From Candidatus Micrarchaeota archaeon (lineage in GTDB: Archaea > Micrarchaeota > Micrarchaeia > Norongarragalinales > SBBD01): a DNA stretch of 11,491 nt. Location of the stretch: assembly GCA_043813365.1 (NCBI GenBank), contig JBDRLB010000021.1:1-11491 (forward strand), written 5' to 3'. A program made the translations under genes and the position numbers. This document shows positions 7,347 to 11,491 of the stretch, piece after piece. The notes under the pieces are model-generated. The model did no database searches and had not been told where the DNA came from. It saw only the letters and a program-made list of their open reading frames with translations. Each line of letters opens with the position of its first letter. The stretch's first letter is position 1.

Positions 7347-10300
7347 ATGATGATGGCCGAAAATCGCGGAAAGAGGGGAATTGCGTTCACGCTGGACGCC
7401 GTGATGGCGCTGCTGATAGTGATCGCACTGGTGCCGGTATTCCTGCTGCTTACTGCAAGAAGCCCCACGCAAACCGCAAGCACCGAGCACCTGCATCTGC
7501 TTGCGGAGGATGCGGTTGATTCGCTCTCGAAAATGCAGATACGGCAGGTGCGTTCTGATCCCGTAGTTGCGGATTTTTTCAATCGGACTCCACCGGCGCT
7601 TACTGACGAAGACCTCGATTCGAGCGTCCTGGACATACTGGGGGGGTTATGGGCTTCGCAGGATCCCACCAGTCTTGCAGATGCGGCGAACCTCACAAAA
7701 AGCCTGCTCGGCGGGCTCATACCATCAGGGCTGAAATGGCAATTCTCTATTGTGGACATATCCGGGCAGGTCGATGTAATTTATAATACAACGGAACTCT
7801 CAAATTCGTCAGACCTCATAACAGCAAGCAGGAAGGCGGCATCCGGCTTTGCGCGCAACCAAAGCTCAACTGGCTATGTTGCTAAGGCATTCCTTGAGAA
7901 CATCATCGGGAAGGAGGACAACAGCTATTTCTTCTTCGGGGGCTTCGTGGGGGAGGGCAACCTTACTGCGACCATATCCGATATCCCCGTCAATTCCACC
8001 ATCTCAAAAATTTACCTCGAGGTGAACGGCGAAAGCAATTTCTCGATGTACCTCAACGGCCAGCATTGCAGGGACATGGTCGTCAGCGGGGGGAATTTCA
8101 CAGTTGACAATTGGACGATAATGTCGAACGAGACGTGCATTTCGTATTTCTCTGCGGGAGAAATGAACAACTTCACATTCATATTCTCGCACCAGAACAT
8201 CACGAAGCATTATTTCGGCGGCGGTTACCTGAGGGTGACGTTCACAACCGACGAGCTCATACCTGCCTCGAAAGGGTACTTGAGGTATTACTTCCCGGGA
8301 ATAGACGGGCTGGTGAACCTGTATGATTCATTCTATGTGCCGGGCAACATCACATCGATGAATGCAAAAATTTCCGTGTATTCCTACCATAATTATTCAA
8401 CCCTGATGTGGATTGGGAATACCACGATTGTCAACCATACGGGCAGCAACCTTACGGAGGAAATATTGATTAACAATGCCAATTTCACCGCGTTGTTTGC
8501 AGCGAACAACATAACATATTTCGACCTGAGCGAGACAACGAACCCCCTGAGGATGCTGATCGGCGCCAACATCACCGGAGGGAAAATAAACGGGACTGTT
8601 GATGTAGTGCTGATAACAGATGTTTCAGGAAGCATGGCGTGGAGGATGGACTCGGATTCCACAACGGGTGTTACGGACGTTTCCAACTGTGACGATCCCA
8701 ACCTTTATCTGCCAACAAATAGGAGGATAAACGTGGCGAGGTGCCTCGACAAGCTTTTCGTGAATGCGATACTGGGAGGGAATGCGTCCGCATGCGGCGA
8801 GGGGACGCCATTGGTGGGGAACCGGGTTGCGCTCGTGAATTTCAGCACGAGCCTTACGCATAATACGAGCCTGCAGAACGGCGGCACCGCTAACCTCACG
8901 TACCTAATAAACATGATCAACGGATATGTCAGTACATCAAGCACCTGTCTTGCTTGCGCGATCAACCGTGCGTATGAAATATTGCTCACCCAAAGCTCGC
9001 CCGAAAGGCAGAAGTACATCATTGTGATGACCGACGGTCAGGCGAATTACCATGCGACTGGTGTGAACGACAACCTGAATGGCATCGCTTCAAGCAATGA
9101 CGGCGGATATAGCAGCATCCTGGTGCAGGATAGGGGTTATGTGGGAAGGAGGACGAACCAATTCTGGGAATATGGAGGCGACATTTCCGGGAACAACCTC
9201 AATGCGATTTCAATGCTCAACTCCACGTTCGGATTCACGGTCTCAAGCAACGGCGAAATATATTTTTGGGACGGTGCCTCATGGAGCCTGATGAACGCAA
9301 CTGGTTTGGGTGCGATTTATGCAGTTGATGTATTGAACGGCACATTCGCGCTGGCCGGAGGGACCAGCGGAAGGATTCACAGGTTCGACGGCACAAACTG
9401 GGGGCTGATGCAGGACACTGGTTCGCAGAATTGGTATGCCATAACGATTTCAAACGGAAGCTGGGCGATGGCAGGCACAGCCGGCGGGGTAATTTACAGG
9501 TATGCTGGCTCCACATGGGCGAGTTATTCAACCCTTTCGGGAGGGGATGACATTTTCTCCATGGATTCGTACAATTCAACATATGCGATTGCAGGCACGG
9601 ATTCGGAGAATGTCCACCGCTGGACCGGAAGCGCAACCTGGACGGAGATAGCGGATCTTGGAAGCAGTGACATCCGGGGGATTTCATTCGTCAATTCCTC
9701 ACTTGCGTATGGCGCGAGCTCTTCAGGCGAAATAAGCCAATGGACTTTCACAACCGGATCGAACGTTTACACGCAACCGGGAGGGAGGCAGCTGAACGGA
9801 ATAGTGATCCTGAACAGCACAGAGGGTTATGCCGTGGGCGATTACGGGAGGGTCCTGGTTTGGGACGGGAATGCCTGGAATCTTACTGCAAAGCTTTCAC
9901 GCGGGTTTGAAGGCAACCTCACTACTGGCTTGGACGGGAATGACGACGATCTCAATTGCGGAACATTTATGAGCCAGTCATATGCATCCATGAATGCCAA
10001 TTATTCAACAGCAAGGATAACGTGGAACCTGGTGAACTACACCGTTGATTCAGTAGGATTCGGACCAATCGGGACGTGCATGCAGGCAAACGAAACCTTG
10101 GATGCAGTTGCAACAACCGGAAACGGCACCTTCTATGCAAGCAGCAACTCCTCCGAATTGCAGTCGATCTACTGCCAGATTGCAAGGAACATCAATACGA
10201 AGGCGACTGCAACGCAGGAAGTCACGTTCAGCGGCAACCTCACGCGCGCAACACTCTACCCCGATTCCTACATCGAGATATATTATTGGCCGGCAACCCC

Positions 10301-11060
10301 CGATCCATCATACAAGGAAATTTCCGTAACAACGGAGACGGACACGTTCCCGAACTGCTCCGGCACATTCTTAATTGCCTATGCAAATGATTCGCGCATA
10401 ATTGATTCAAAGCTGACATCATATTCTAGTAATTACTGGACCAATGCGGGCTTCGTGAATTCAAGCGCAACAAACGGCTATAGCCTCATATTCAACCTCA
10501 CCAATTACAACCTCCCCTATGGCATGCTCGGCGATCCGTTCCATCTTTACTTGCCAATAAACCTACTGAAGGCACATGAGACTAATAATGTCATCGACCA
10601 ATTGGGGTTGAATGAGACCTACAATTCTCCGAACTGCTCAAAATACAACCGCGTGATTTACACCGCCAGGCTGCGCGCTTCAACAAGCTATTCCTCCATA
10701 TTTCCATATGCGGTCGGCAAGAATGTGACAGTGTATTACGATTCGAATGGAGATGGCATTGCCGATGGATTCTCCTACATAGCATTTGGTTCAAGTTTGC
10801 CTGGATTCGATCCGACTCCAGTTACGGTCGGAAGCCTGAGTCTTTGCAGCAATCCGTATGGCGATGCGATTGATTGCGCAATATTGACGCTCCTTTCACA
10901 ACTCAATTACTTACAGGACGGGGGCACTGGACTAGCCGGCGAATCAACAAATCCGATAGACATAATCATAGGAGGCGACGTCGGCGCAACAACTGAAACG
11001 TTGAGTTTGGTGCCCATACCTTGGGGGCCATCGGAGATGACGGTATCGGTTTGGGTATAA
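7347..11060 (+). CDS. Giant pilin-like adhesin: class III signal peptide, vWA domain with MIDAS motif, inserted beta-propeller repeats, heavily sequon-rich
   Basis: 1237 aa. RGKRG|IAFTLDAVMALLIVIALVPVFLLL. vWA motifs DVVLITDVSGSM (D at 8619), STSSTCLACAI, YIIVMTDG (D at 9033), TVDSVGFG...LDAVATTGNGTFY...ELQSIYCQIA (10041-10184). SD GGAGGAG just before the start. Confidence 0.92.
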   Translation: MMMAENRGKRGIAFTLDAVMALLIVIALVPVFLLLTARSPTQTASTEHLHLLAEDAVDSLSKMQIRQVRSDPVVADFFNRTPPALTDEDLDSSVLDILGGLWASQDPTSLADAANLTKSLLGGLIPSGLKWQFSIVDISGQVDVIYNTTELSNSSDLITASRKAASGFARNQSSTGYVAKAFLENIIGKEDNSYFFFGGFVGEGNLTATISDIPVNSTISKIYLEVNGESNFSMYLNGQHCRDMVVSGGNFTVDNWTIMSNETCISYFSAGEMNNFTFIFSHQNITKHYFGGGYLRVTFTTDELIPASKGYLRYYFPGIDGLVNLYDSFYVPGNITSMNAKISVYSYHNYSTLMWIGNTTIVNHTGSNLTEEILINNANFTALFAANNITYFDLSETTNPLRMLIGANITGGKINGTVDVVLITDVSGSMAWRMDSDSTTGVTDVSNCDDPNLYLPTNRRINVARCLDKLFVNAILGGNASACGEGTPLVGNRVALVNFSTSLTHNTSLQNGGTANLTYLINMINGYVSTSSTCLACAINRAYEILLTQSSPERQKYIIVMTDGQANYHATGVNDNLNGIASSNDGGYSSILVQDRGYVGRRTNQFWEYGGDISGNNLNAISMLNSTFGFTVSSNGEIYFWDGASWSLMNATGLGAIYAVDVLNGTFALAGGTSGRIHRFDGTNWGLMQDTGSQNWYAITISNGSWAMAGTAGGVIYRYAGSTWASYSTLSGGDDIFSMDSYNSTYAIAGTDSENVHRWTGSATWTEIADLGSSDIRGISFVNSSLAYGASSSGEISQWTFTTGSNVYTQPGGRQLNGIVILNSTEGYAVGDYGRVLVWDGNAWNLTAKLSRGFEGNLTTGLDGNDDDLNCGTFMSQSYASMNANYSTARITWNLVNYTVDSVGFGPIGTCMQANETLDAVATTGNGTFYASSNSSELQSIYCQIARNINTKATATQEVTFSGNLTRATLYPDSYIEIYYWPATPDPSYKEISVTTETDTFPNCSGTFLIAYANDSRIIDSKLTSYSSNYWTNAGFVNSSATNGYSLIFNLTNYNLPYGMLGDPFHLYLPINLLKAHETNNVIDQLGLNETYNSPNCSKYNRVIYTARLRASTSYSSIFPYAVGKNVTVYYDSNGDGIADGFSYIAFGSSLPGFDPTPVTVGSLSLCSNPYGDAIDCAILTLLSQLNYLQDGGTGLAGESTNPIDIIIGGDVGATTETLSLVPIPWGPSEMTVSVWV
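9066..9887 (+). repeat. Seven ~39-41 aa protein-level repeats (predicted beta-propeller blades) inside the adhesin
   Basis: Blade ends GYVGRRTNQFW, GEIYFWDGASW, GRIHRFDGTNW, GVIYRYAGSTW, ENVHRWTGSATW, GEISQWTFTTG, GRVLVWDGNAW. A conserved Asn recurs at 9096, 9219, 9336, 9453, 9573, 9693, 9813 (spacing 117-123 nt). Confidence 0.85.
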
Positions 11061-11095
11061 AAAAGCGGAACAAACGGGCAAGGAAAAATAATGTG

Positions 11096-11239
11096 ATGAA
11101 AAAAGTTGAGAATATGAAAACAGGCAAGAGAAGAGGCATCGTATATTCCCTGATAACCATGCTCCTGGTTCTGCCTCTGCTCATCTACCTCAGTGTCCTT
11201 CCGTGCAGTGGCAGTCAGATCCAGCCGTCTCTCCTGTAA
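11096..11239 (+). pseudogene. Truncated class III signal peptide pilin-like gene (pilin 5)
   Basis: MKKVENMKTGKRRG|IVYSLITMLLVLPLLIYLSVL is a complete prepilin-type N-terminus (start 11096 or 11114), but only PCSGSQIQPSLL follows before a stop. Neither alternative + frame gives a pilin-like continuation; both stop by 11289. Confidence 0.6.
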
Positions 11240-11353
11240 CTCCAGGTAGTTCCGGCATTCTTCGCAAATCCAAAGGCGAGGACGGCTAGAGAATGTCTGG
11301 CCGTCCCAGGACTCCCAACAGGGCAGGCACGCTGCTGGAATCGGCGGGATCAT
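11200..11353 (-). CDS. Possible small zinc-binding (CxxC...CxxC) protein, 3' end lost at the junction
   Basis: MIPPIPAACLPCWESWDGQTFSSRPRLWICEECRNYLELQERRLDLTATAR. Beyond about 11200 the frame simply continues antisense to the pilin genes until 10907. Confidence 0.35.
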
Positions 11354-11371
11354 TGTCCTGGCGATCTGCGA

Positions 11372-11491
11372 TCATGGTGCACTGACCGCCCGTATCCGGT
11401 TCTCGAGTTTCTGAATGTGCGCTCGCAAGAGAATCTCTCGGGCCTTCCAGCAATTCGCGGATTCGGCAAGGTACTGCTTGATCTGCTGGGC
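11372..11491 (-). CDS. C-terminal fragment of an unidentified protein entering from the right edge
   Basis: Open from the window end: AQQIKQYLAESANCWKAREILLRAHIQKLENRIRAVSAP, stop TGA at 11374-11372. Reads like an amphipathic helix. No family recognised. Confidence 0.4.
   Translation of the reverse strand, partial: AQQIKQYLAESANCWKAREILLRAHIQKLENRIRAVSAP

Noticed and set aside
4937..7759. Minus-strand and alternative-frame ORFs over the plus arm (4937..5479, 5347..5862, 5919..6404, 6103..6618, 6138..6608, 6673..7119, 7298..7759)
   Set aside because: Fully overlap better-supported genes and have no recognisable features.
9066..9887. Possible nucleotide-level tandem repeat, CRISPR array or DGR template/variable repeat pair
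   Set aside because: Periodicity is visible only at protein level; no near-identical DNA copies, no adenine-specific mismatch pair and no reverse transcriptase seen.
10907..11199. C-terminal two thirds of minus-strand ORF 10907..11353, and ORF 10966..11184
   Set aside because: Antisense read-through over pilin 5, the A-rich spacer and the adhesin end; not credible as real coding sequence.
11191..11210. CAGTG direct repeat (11191-11195, 11206-11210) as a target-site duplication
   Set aside because: Copies are only 10 nt apart with no element between them; a 5-mer match is not significant.

Overview
Archaeal locus, most likely from a DPANN lineage (inferred from gene families and TATA-box promoters, not proven), encoding a type IV pilus (Tad-like) system in two divergent arms. 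Minus arm: a winged-helix/coiled-coil protein, a CpaF/VirB11-type assembly ATPase and two T2SS-F/TadB-TadC platform proteins, followed by the 5' part of glutamyl-tRNA synthetase (missed by the ORF track because it runs off the window edge). Plus arm: a Walker-A-dead KaiC/RecA-fold protein with a 3-TM partner, then an operon of class III signal-peptide proteins: three small pilins, a 1237-aa pilin-adhesin and a fifth pilin that breaks off right after its hydrophobic helix. The giant pilin appears nested: a pilin fold split around beta-rich domains, which contain a Cys-rich vWA domain, which itself contains a 7-repeat beta-propeller with in-register N-glycosylation sequons. The last ~290 bp look unrelated (small minus-strand ORFs, one with two CxxC motifs) and are either a foreign insertion or a chimeric contig end. 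No rRNA, tRNA, CRISPR array or transposase was recognised.
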